The position numbers and the translations under genes were made by a program. This document shows, piece by piece, positions 53,406-64,000 of a DNA stretch of 64,000 bases. Origin of the DNA: Octopus vulgaris (Eukaryota). Every line of letters begins with the position of its first letter. The first letter of the stretch is position 1. The stretch covers positions 111,538,001-111,602,000 of the forward strand of contig OX597821.1 of assembly GCA_951406725.2 (NCBI GenBank), in the 5' to 3' direction. The notes under the pieces are model-generated. The model did not search any database and was not told where the DNA came from. It worked only from the letters and a program-made list of their open reading frames with translations.

Positions 53406-53975
53406 GATTTTGAAAGGAATATTACTGAAGGTGACTTTGAAGTTTTGGCCTGTTAAGCCATCGTTGACAGTTTTAAGATGGCTTAACTGTCCAGAACTTA
53501 GAACTCACCGTCAGTAATATTCTTGTATAAAAATTTAAAAAATTTGTTCTTTGGAAGATTATAGATTAAACCATCAGATTAATGTAAAAATATCTTTACC
53601 ATAACTGAACACTAACACTATATATAGATGAAGAATTGTATTCTCGCATTTATTTATAGACTGCATTTTGGCAATCGGATCAGTAACGGCCGTAAGATAT
53701 GTTACGTCACCTATTTTGTTATGTCTTGCTTTGTATTAAAAAATAAGCTATAAATGTGGTCCAACCGATGTGTTTGTTAATCTGAGGTTTTCTTCATTTT
53801 CTAATTATTTGCATAGGTTCCTGATAAACTCTTGTTTGTCCTGTTGTTACCTGCACTCTACGTGTATGGTGTACCTGTACACCAATGCCCGGGGATAATA
53901 CAGGTAACGGATACCGATAGTTTATTTCGAATATGTTTTCCCTTAATCGGTTATTATAACCGCTAACTCTGTTTA

Positions 53976-54050
<75 letters not shown>

Positions 54051-54150
54051 TATATGTGTGTGTGTGTGTTTGCTTGCGTGTGTGTATGTGTGTATCTATA
54101 TCTATTCATCTGTCTATCTGTCTCACTCTTTCCTCTCTCTCTCTCTCTCT

Positions 54151-54189
<39 letters not shown>

Positions 54190-54324
54190 CATGTATTGTT
54201 ATATTTCGGGACGGTCATTTTTTTTGACAAATAAACACACGCACTATATATTTTTTCTTCACTCCTTTATTACTGTTCTTCTAAGATAGGTAACCTTATG
54301 TGCGCATGCGTTCGTGTCCTTGTT

Positions 54325-54364
<40 letters not shown>

Positions 54365-54476
54365 TGTGCGCGAGTGTGTATGTGCGTGTATACTTTTGTG
54401 TGTATGTATGCGTGTGTATGCTTGTGTGTGTGTGTCATAGTTTTAGCAGCAGTGTAGCCTTCCCCTAAGCAGCTCC

Positions 54477-54584
<108 letters not shown>

Positions 54585-54747
54585 ATACATATTCATATAC
54601 ATACACATACACATACATGTAAACACGTACTCTCATATGACGGTTGCATACACGTGCGCTCGTTCCTTCTTCTCTCCTTCTCTCTCCTTTCTTTTGTTTG
54701 TTTCAGAAGAGCGTACACGTGAAACGAAGAATACTTTTCCTTCCTAC

Positions 54748-55030
54748 GTGGCCTAGTGATTAGAACAGCGGACTCGCGGTCGAGGGATCGCGTGTTCGAA
54801 TCTCACACCGGGTTATGTGTGTGTTTATGAGTGAAACACCTAAGCTTCACGCGGCTCCGGCAGAAGGTAATGGCGAACTTCTGCTGACCCTTTCGCCACA
54901 ATTTTCTCTCACTCTTTCCTCCTGCATCTTGCAGCTCACCTGCGACAGGTGGGGAACCTATACGCCAAGGAAACCAGGAAACCGGCCCTTTTGAGCCAGG
55001 CGTGGCTCGAGAAGGAACAAATAACAACAA
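54748..55030 (+). mobile_element. SINE C subfamily with an (AAC)-type tail
   Basis: Head and body match 1950-2157; 3' end is GAGCCAGGCGTGGCTCGAGAAGGAACAA. Confidence 0.85.
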
Positions 55031-55117
55031 ACCTTAAAAAATTGCTTGTCTCTTTACCTCGTCTACGTATTATATTTTTGCAACATACGTGTGTGTTGAG
55101 AGAGAGAAGGGGTAGAA

Positions 55118-55168
<51 letters not shown>

Positions 55169-55532
55169 GACTCATTCGTCACAGTCCCAGATCTAAAAGT
55201 TGATGCGATAAATCATTGCTGTATGAATACACATATTTAAAACATTTAGTAATTATACATTTTATTAAAAAAGTTAATACCTAGCATTGTTTTTCACGAA
55301 TTTTTCATGATCATATTTTTCTGTTTTTGTTTTTTGCTTTTTGCTTTTGTTTTTTATGTTCTTCGTTAGATCTGTCATACAAGCTCTCTTTTATTATTTA
55401 ATTTAATAATAGTTCTGCTTCTGAATACATTATTTATTTTTCCATATATTCCATATCAAAGATATTTTATATAGCGCTTGGCTAAACACTTTGCCGTGTC
55501 GACTTTACTTTCTGAAATCGTCATATCACCTC

Positions 55533-55568
<36 letters not shown>

Positions 55569-55593
55569 ACATACATACCTACACATATAGACT

Positions 55594-55632
<39 letters not shown>

Positions 55633-55653
55633 GCATGCACATATACGTATATC

Positions 55654-55725
<72 letters not shown>

Positions 55726-55999
55726 ATATACACATACATATATATGCATATATACGTACATAAATACATATATTTATGAAATCTCTCTCCACATATATAA
55801 TTTGTATATAAGTGTATATAATGAGATTTAAAACTAAAAAGTATTAAAAGTTATATATATATATATATTATATATATATATATACACGCAAGCATACACA
55901 CACAGATGTACAAGTATATATATTTGTATATTTGTATATGCGTGTGTGGGCATAAACATATATGCATATGTATGTGTGTACACGCACGCACACGCACGC

Positions 56000-56036
<37 letters not shown>

Positions 56037-56800
56037 TACATACAAACATATAATATATATTATGCATATTTTAGCAAAACATGATGTCACAGCTATTGCG
56101 AAATGTCTTCCTACCAGCCGCGTTCATCTGTTCTCTGCATATTTTGGCAATAATCGTTTTAGTTCAGATTACGTCGCCGCCATTTTGAAAATGAAATTTA
56201 ATAAGGGTTTTTTTTTTTTCACGATATATTTTTAATTTCATTTAAACTTTATCAAAATAATTGCAGAGAGAGAGAGAGAGAGGTGGGGTGGCATAGAATA
56301 AGAGATGGATAGAAGAGAGCGAGGGACCGAATGTAAAGGTATTTGTATGTGTGTGTATGTGTGAAGAGACAAAAATAGGTGAAAAATGTAAGCGTATTTT
56401 TTGTGTGGGGAGAGAGGAGGAGAGAGAAGGGACGGAGGGACAGAATATATGTAATTGCATGTGTGGAAGAGAGATACAAAGAGGAGGAGGAGGAGGGGGA
56501 TAGTATGTAAGCATAGTTATATGTGCGTGAGAGAGAATATGAATGTAATTGTTTGTTTGTGTGTATGCGCGTATGTATATGCGTGTGTATGTGTGTGTGT
56601 GTGAGAGAGAGAGAAAGAGAGAGAAAGAGAGCGTGAGGGCGAGTGAATGTAAGTGTAATAATGTGTATGTCTGTCTATGAGAGAGATATATAGAGAATAT
56701 ATGTAACATGTATGTTTGTGTGTGTTTATGTGTGAGAGAGAGGGATTATGAGCGTACTTTTATGTATATGTGTGTAAGAGAGAAAGAGAGGGAGAGAGAG

Positions 56801-56831
<31 letters not shown>

Positions 56832-58002
56832 GAGAGAGAATGAAAGAGAGAAAGGGGAACTGAAGAGGGTGACAAGAGACTTTCATAAAAAATTAAAATG
56901 TCGTATTTTATTCTTGAAAATATTTTATGCATTGTTTCTATTAGTTAAATTAATTTCTATTTAAAAATTATGAAAATGAACTTTCTGTTTGGTTGATGTG
57001 ATTTAATAAGCTAAAACCATTTGGTGTTATTTATTAAACCCTCGGAGAATTCTGTAAAAATCGTTGTCATTCTTGTTCCAGCAATTGTATCTTCTCTGCC
57101 TTCTTTCAATGGCCACGCTACGATTTTCTGATGGCTTCTGTAAACCATCATTAGCTATTTTAAGCCATTGCCTGCCATGAGCCCAATTCGGGGAGTCTGC
57201 TAAAAACAGTCTCACTGTCGGTTGTTCGTTGTATTTAAAGTGAATTGCTTCTGTATATTTGAAGAGGCGTGTTAAACAATATTTAGTAATTAAAGTTTGT
57301 CATTATTAGCTCTGGCTAATTCTAGAGGACATTTTATGTCATAAATCGGAATTTTTGAACTACAAAAATATTGACTGTTTTGAAAAGATATTTTTTTTTT
57401 TGCGTTTCCCATCTATATCCTTCATTGATATTTCATACACGTTCGCATTTGATACTATAGTTTCAAAACAAAAATAAATAAATAAAATGTTTATTATTGC
57501 AATTGAAAAGAAAAGGATAAATATGTTTTCAGCGAATCTCATTTGGGGACTTTTCGAATAAGTCATATATGAAGAAAATTTAAATACTGTATATAATTTT
57601 AACTCCTAAGACACCTAGCAAAACCCAAAAATATGAATAAAAAAATTTGGCAGTTAATGGGCTACATTGGCCCGGCACTACGCCGGTTATGACATCGAGT
57701 GTTCCAACCGAACAGCCTGTTCGTGAAATTACCGTGCGTGTCACTGAGCACTTCACAGAAGTTCGAACCTTTAACGTAGGTCTCAGGGAGATTCAGCGTG
57801 AAATAGAGCGACAAGACTGGTCACCGGGAATCGAACTCAGAGCCTTACAGTCGTGAGACGGATACACTAACTGCTAAGCCAAGCGCCTTCTCTTTTTAAA
57901 TATAGTCCTTATTTAGTTTCGTTTCAGGCATTGGGCAGTGGCCATGCCGAAGCACCTCCTGTATGTGTGTGTGTGTATGTGTGTTTACACGCACACGCAC
58001 AC

Positions 58003-58099
<97 letters not shown>

Positions 58100-58188
58100 C
58101 ATACATATATACAAATATATGTATGTATATGCATGTGCGTATGTATCTGTGTGCTGTATGTATGTGTGTGTATATATATACGTTTATA

Positions 58189-58256
<68 letters not shown>

Positions 58257-58610
58257 ATTCAGAGACCAATGATGTGTTTTCACACATTTTCTCCCAATAC
58301 AATTTCCGCAGCCAAGACCTTTCTACGTCTGAATGTACGCAAACGTGTGAAATATAATTATGCACACCTATATCTTAATCAACATTGCTTCGTGCACCTC
58401 TTGTTAATTAATTTCAATTAGACAAAGCGTTGCGCACATCACTATATGTACTATTTGTTGTTAAATTTAAGAACGGATGTCCTTAGCGGACTGCGTGTAA
58501 CGGATTCGCAATCTGTAGCTGATGTAGCATAACGACACAGAATCACTTGTGTCCCACGATTTGACGACGTAATTCGGGGCCCAGTGGCGTGTTTTCAGAA
58601 AAATTGATTA

Positions 58611-59334
58611 CTAGTTTAAAAGCCACCTGATAGGGCGGATTTTAAGCTAACTCCTGTGAAGGGCTCTTTATTAGGCTTTCGGCCCAACAATAACACTTCA
58701 TGCATTGAGTACATATTAAATTTTATTAAATTTGAACAATATTTTTCAAGCAATGAACAATTTCCACCAAAACAATGATATAATTTGTCGACTTGGAACT
58801 TATTGCAAAGCTGCATGATAAACAACAGTACCGTCACAATCGCCACCACATCTGCCATACATACACCATTCAGACTTCTCAATACCTTTAACTTCGCCGC
58901 CTTCCCCCCACCACCATCACTACTGTCTTTCACATCGTTTAAATCTCACCGTCAACCCTGACCGCCTCGGCTACCACCTCCGCATCTATCACAACTACAG
59001 CTTATACTATTACTATTACCTTTCAATATGTTAGTTCAGTATGTTGGTTCAGTGTTCAGTCCCTCTTTCTCTCACATACCCACTGCCACCATCAACACAA
59101 CTACTTTTAATAAAAACATCATCAACTCTCCCTAAATGTCTTTGTTTCTCTTTCCCTCTCCTTTTTTTTTCTCTCTCTCTCTCTGTCTTCGTCACCGCCC
59201 GCACTATCTCTATGCCTACTATTACTCTCACCCTAACATGATCAATAGTAGAAGTGTCATTGAATAGTGAGAGAGAGAAGGTCAAAGTGTGACACACTGA
59301 CACAGAAATTAGCATTCGCATTTATTATATTAGA
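58611..59334 (-). mobile_element. Non-autonomous Helitron
   Basis: Minus strand A|TCTAATATAATAAA ... hairpin CCGCC-ctatca-GGTGG ... CTAG|T; no TSD. Confidence 0.8.
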
Positions 59335-59497
59335 TTAAGTAGCATCTTGGCTTGAGACTAACTAGTCAGCGAAAGGTCTTCCCATTTCCGAGTGTTGACA
59401 GCCATGTTAAATATCATTCTACACAGCTATATTCCAATCAACACTACTTCGTCTACCTCGCGTTTACACACACGTGCGGTCACAATCTGCCTAGCCC

Positions 59498-59740
59498 AGT
59501 GTTTCTCAACTATTTTTTGTCTATGGAACCCTTTGATTTTTACTTTACTCGAATCGACTCTCATTGCCATTCGATGTTTAAAATATCCTATTATATATTT
59601 AGAATTAGATATTATTAGCAAATGTATTTTAAAAAATTATTTAAACATTTTGTGCATGTCAGAAATAATCAATTTATCACACATGGATTTTAAAAACAAA
59701 ATCTTTCACGGGGTCATATGAACCCCAGTTGAAAACGACA
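59498..59740. mobile_element. hAT-like MITE (related remnant at ~2215-2310)
   Basis: CAGTGTTTCTCAAC ... GTTGAAAAC termini; GGGGTCATATGAACCCC subterminal motif. Confidence 0.55.
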
Positions 59741-59744
59741 AACG

Positions 59745-59940
59745 AAAACAGCCATGATTTGGATACCACCTGACAGCAGATGCGAAAAATGTAAACAGAA
59801 GCTCAGTTGGCGGTGGACGTTTCGAGATGACCTAAAGGCTGTCAACATTGCGTAAAATGGCTGTGTAAGAGGAGCAGCTGACCGAACACGGTGGAGGACG
59901 TTTGCCTCACAATGCATTGAGCAGTGCAGGAAGACCTTAA
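59745..59940 (+). mobile_element. RTE 3' end fragment
   Basis: AMIWIPPD...SWRWTFRDDL...AADRTRWRTFASQC. Confidence 0.65.
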
Positions 59941-60038
59941 TATATACGGCGTCTACTAAATCCGCTTATATGACATTTGTAGGCTCCTGGCTATCATAGA
60001 AGCTGATGTGAAGTGAGAATGAACTGGAAGCTACGTGG

Positions 60039-60254
60039 TCAATAGTAGAAGTGTCATTGAGAGAGAGAGAGAGAGGGGGTCAAAGTGTGACACACTGACA
60101 CACAGAAATTAGCATTCGCATTTATTATATTAGATTCAGTAGAATCTTAGCTTGAGACTAACTAGTCAGCGAAAGGTCTTCCCATGTCCGAGTGTTGATA
60201 GACGTGTTAAATATCATTCTACACAGCTATATTCCAATCAACACTGCTTCATCT
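60039..60254. repeat. Direct duplication of 59242-59454
   Basis: About 215 bp with scattered mismatches; includes the Helitron 5' end and ~120 bp of its flank. Confidence 0.9.
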
Positions 60255-60719
60255 GAACTATGTATAGTTCACAGAGAAGAGGGGTAGTGGCGAAACGTCG
60301 TTAGATCAAGCATAAGGTAATCCTCTTTGCGAGCCAAATGCTGCTAATTAAAGCCATTTAGCTCACGTTTCGCTAACGCTTCTAAGAGAAGATATCCACA
60401 TCACAACAACTTATTTCTTCTCCCTTAAGCTATATTTCGCTGTAGGCTTTGTTAAAGAGACCAACGTTGAAAAAAAATAGTGTTTAGCGTTATATTACAT
60501 TTCAGACATTTTTGCGTTTTCATTTTCTTTTAGTACAATTATTGTTTATGCAATTTCTTGTGGGCAGACATATTGGTTGATGTTGTTGTTGTTGTTGTCG
60601 ATAGCTTTTACATTGAAAACACAATATGGATACAGTTTGATTTCTTGATAGATTTCACATTTTATCTACTTCTCTTAATGGACTTAAATAAATAATTTAT
60701 TATCACTATTTTCATTGTT

Positions 60720-60741
60720 GTTGTGGTTGTTGTGGTTGTTG

Positions 60742-60773
<32 letters not shown>

Positions 60774-61593
60774 CTTCTTCTTCTTCTTCTTCTTCTTCTT
60801 CTTCTTCTTCTTCTTCTTCTTCTTCTTCTTCTTCTTCTTCTTCTTCACTTTCTTTTTCGCCTCCTTACACATTTTCTTCTTCTCCTCCTCCTCTTCCTTC
60901 TCCTTTTCTTCTTCTTCTTCTTCTTCTTCTTCTTCTTCTTCGTCGTCGTCGTCGTCATCGTCATCTCGACCGCCATTATGATGCAGACGACGATAGTAAC
61001 AGCTGCAACAACAATAACAACGACAACAGCAAGAAGAAGAAGAAGAAGAAGAAGAAGAAGAAGAAGAAGAAGAAGAAGAAGAAGAAGAAGAAGAAGAAGA
61101 AGAGCAACAACAACAACAACAGCAGCAGCAATAACAGCAAAGATAATGATTGAATTAAAAACAATATCTGGATTAGTATTAATTTCCTGTCAATTTCCGT
61201 TCATTTTCGATATGAAGAAAACAGAACAGCTTTTTCAAGTTTATAAAGAAAGAATGCAGCAGCAGTAGCAGCAGCAGCAGCACCACCACCACCACCACCA
61301 CCAACATTGGCGGTGGCGGCAGCAGCAGCGTCGACAGCAGCAGTAACAACAACAGCAGCAAGAACAATGAGAAGCAACAACAAAGACGGCAGTAATAACA
61401 CAAATACAACAGTAATAACAACAACAACAACAACTGCAACATCAGAAGCTGCAGCTGCAGCAGCAACAGCAATAATAACAATGGCAGCAGCAACAAACGA
61501 AAGGGGGACCTCTATGCGATCACTCGACCTGCCGTAAATAGCAGGCAAACGTAACTTTAATTCCAGCTTAGTCGTGAACGATATAGATAGACA

Positions 61594-61673
<80 letters not shown>

Positions 61674-61906
61674 GGACGAGAAAGGGGGAGAGTGAGAAAG
61701 AGAAGAAGTGAGAGAGAAGGAGAAAGAGAAAGAGAGAGGGAAAGAGGGAGAGAGAGAGAGGTGGAGATTGGCGCTATGGCCCGAGGGATCTATGGAATAG
61801 TCATTGCTGGAACGCTTTTGATCATGCACAATCCAGACAGGTTTGACACGGGGACAAACAACAACAGCTACAGCAGGAGCAACAACACCACAACAGCAGC
61901 AGCAAC

Positions 61907-61939
<33 letters not shown>

Positions 61940-62749
61940 TACAACATCAACGACGACGACAATTACTGCTGCTGCTACTACTACTACTACTATGGCGATG
62001 ATGATGACAACTATGACAGGAAGAACGCTGACGGCAGCAATTACAACAACGACAATCACAGACACGTCGACGACTACGACACCAAGAATGAAGACCGTAA
62101 CAAGGACAAAAACAAAAGCAATGACAAAAACGATTACAAGAACGCTGACAGCTACAAAAACAACAACAACAACAACAGTCAGAGTAACATCAGCAGCAGC
62201 ATGGACAGCAGCACGATCAATAGCAATGGCAATAGCAGCAGCAAAAACAATTGCTACAACAACAGAGACGACAGCAAGTGTGTTATCAGCATAAATAAGA
62301 ACAACTTCAATACGGTTACAGCTGCAACGAGATAAATGAGAATACATGTAAGGAATAACAAGAATAAGAAGAAGCAGGAGAAGAAGGAGAAGGAGGTGGA
62401 GGAGGAGGAGGAGAAGAAGAAGAAGAAGAAGAAGAAGAAGAAGAAGAAGAAAGAAGAAGAAGAAGAAGGAGAAGAAGAAGAAGAAGAAGATGGAGGATGA
62501 GGATGAGGAGAGGAAGAAGAAGAAGAAGAAGAAGAAGATGGAGGAGGAGGGGGAGGGGGAGGAGAAGGTGGAGGAGGAGGAGAAAGGTGGAGGAGGAGAA
62601 GAAGGAGAGGGAGGAGGAGGGGGAGGGGGAGGAGAAGGTGGAGGAGGAGGAGAAAGGTGGAGGAGGAGAAGAAGGAGAGGGAGGAGGAGAAGATGAAGAA
62701 GAAGAAGATGGAGGAGAAGGAGGAGGAGAAGAAGGGGAATGAGGAGAAG

Positions 62750-62781
<32 letters not shown>

Positions 62782-63257
62782 GGAGGAGGAGGAGGAGGAG
62801 GAGGGGAAGAAGGAGGGGAAGAAGAAGGAGGAGGAGGAGGAGGAGGAGAAGAAGAAAAAGAAGGAGGAGGAGAAGATAAAGGAGGAGAATAATAATAATA
62901 ATAATAAGAAGTAGTAGTAGTAGTAGTAGTAGTAGAAGAAGAAGAAGAAGAAGAAGAAGAAGAAGAAGAAGAAGAAGAAGAAGAAGAAGAAGAAGAAGAA
63001 GAAGAAGAAGAAGAGTAATACAAAACAAAATTGGAGGAAGAAAGTGACGAAAAAGAAGACAGAGAAAAAGAGAAGACGACGTCGGAGAAAAAGAAGACGA
63101 GAAGAAAGATGATGATGATAATGATGATGATGATGATGATACGAAGATAAGAAAAGGAGGAAAAGAACAAGAAGACGCCTGAGAAGAAAAAGAGGAACTC
63201 AAAGAACATTCAATAACATCAGTTAAGCAAAACAAAAGCAAGAAAAATTACTTTTAC

Positions 63258-63302
<45 letters not shown>

Positions 63303-63330
63303 TGTAGTAGTAGTAGCAGCAGCAGTTGTT
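60720..63330. repeat. Compound trinucleotide low-complexity region (CTT/GAA/GGA/CAA/CAG/TAG)
   Basis: Directly visible. Confidence 0.95.
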
Positions 63331-63458
63331 GCTGTAACAAAGTGAACAACCAGAATCAAAAGGAAATGAAAATAATATATAGATAAATAAAAATATAAAT
63401 GAAATGGAAGAAAGGAAAGATCATGAATGGATACCAACGATAAAATATATGCAATAGT

Positions 63459-63780
63459 GGCCCTCCGTCGCTTACGACGACGAGTGTTCCGGTTGATCCG
63501 GTTAACGGAACAGCCTGCTAGCGAAATTAACGTGCAAGTAGCTGAGCATTCAACAGACACATCTACCCTTAATGTAGTTCTCGGGGAGATTCAGCATACA
63601 GGTATAACAGAAACAGGAAGAAAGAGTGAGAGAAAAGAGTACAGCCGGGTTCGCCGCCACCCCCTGCCAGAACCTCATGGAAATTTAGGAGTTTTTACTC
63701 AATAAACACTCACAACGCCCGGTCTGGGAATCGAAACCGCGCTCCTTTGACCGTGAGTCCGCTGCCGTAACCACTGGGCC
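63459..63780 (-). mobile_element. SINE C with TSD
   Basis: TSD ATATGCAATAGT at 63447-63458 and 63781-63792. Confidence 0.88.
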
Positions 63781-63960
63781 ATATGCAATAGTACGAATAC
63801 CTTGTATTGACAACAGCAGCAGCAACATGAACAACAACAGCAACAACAACAGCTACTACTTCAGCAACCAAAACAACCACAGGTGAAACAGTGAGAACAC
63901 CAAAAAAAGCACATCAGTAACAACAACAACAACAACAACAACAACAGCAGCAGCAGCAGC

Positions 63961-64000
<40 letters not shown>

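Noticed and set aside
58616-58933. 105-aa ORF inside the Helitron as a captured gene
   Set aside because: No recognisable motif, and it runs through the terminal hairpin.
60272-60305. Hammerhead (GAAACGTC)
   Set aside because: No CUGANGA core and no helix II pairing.
61692-63241. Long ORFs of 200-457 aa
   Set aside because: Translations of stop-free trinucleotide repeats with no domain content. The same applies to the poly-I/Y/L, YI and CV ORFs throughout.

Overview
Gene-poor, extremely microsatellite-rich eukaryotic DNA, most likely octopus (inferred from recognised tRNA-derived SINE families and the (TA)n/(TAA)n/(CA)n load). I see no host exon; nearly all ORF-track entries are microsatellite translations. 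Real coding remnants are all transposon-derived: R4/Dong-type REL-endonuclease retrotransposon 3' ends in (TAA)n, RTE, L1/Tx1 and CR1/Jockey-type LINE fragments, and mariner and Tc1 transposases. Non-coding elements include MITEs, a non-autonomous Helitron and three SINE families (my labels A, B, C). The main signal is several short inserts in (TA)n tracts, mostly unrelated in sequence, that carry type I hammerhead-ribozyme folds with palindromic helix III. Several have a 5'-inverted, twin-priming-like structure. One (46253-47068) reassembles into a ~583-nt unit with a canonical hammerhead. In another (21752-21944) the inversion boundary falls exactly on the predicted cleavage site. An RTE-like non-coding element carries a possible HDV-like ribozyme remnant. 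All folds were done by eye, activity is untested, and coordinates of degenerate repeats are approximate.
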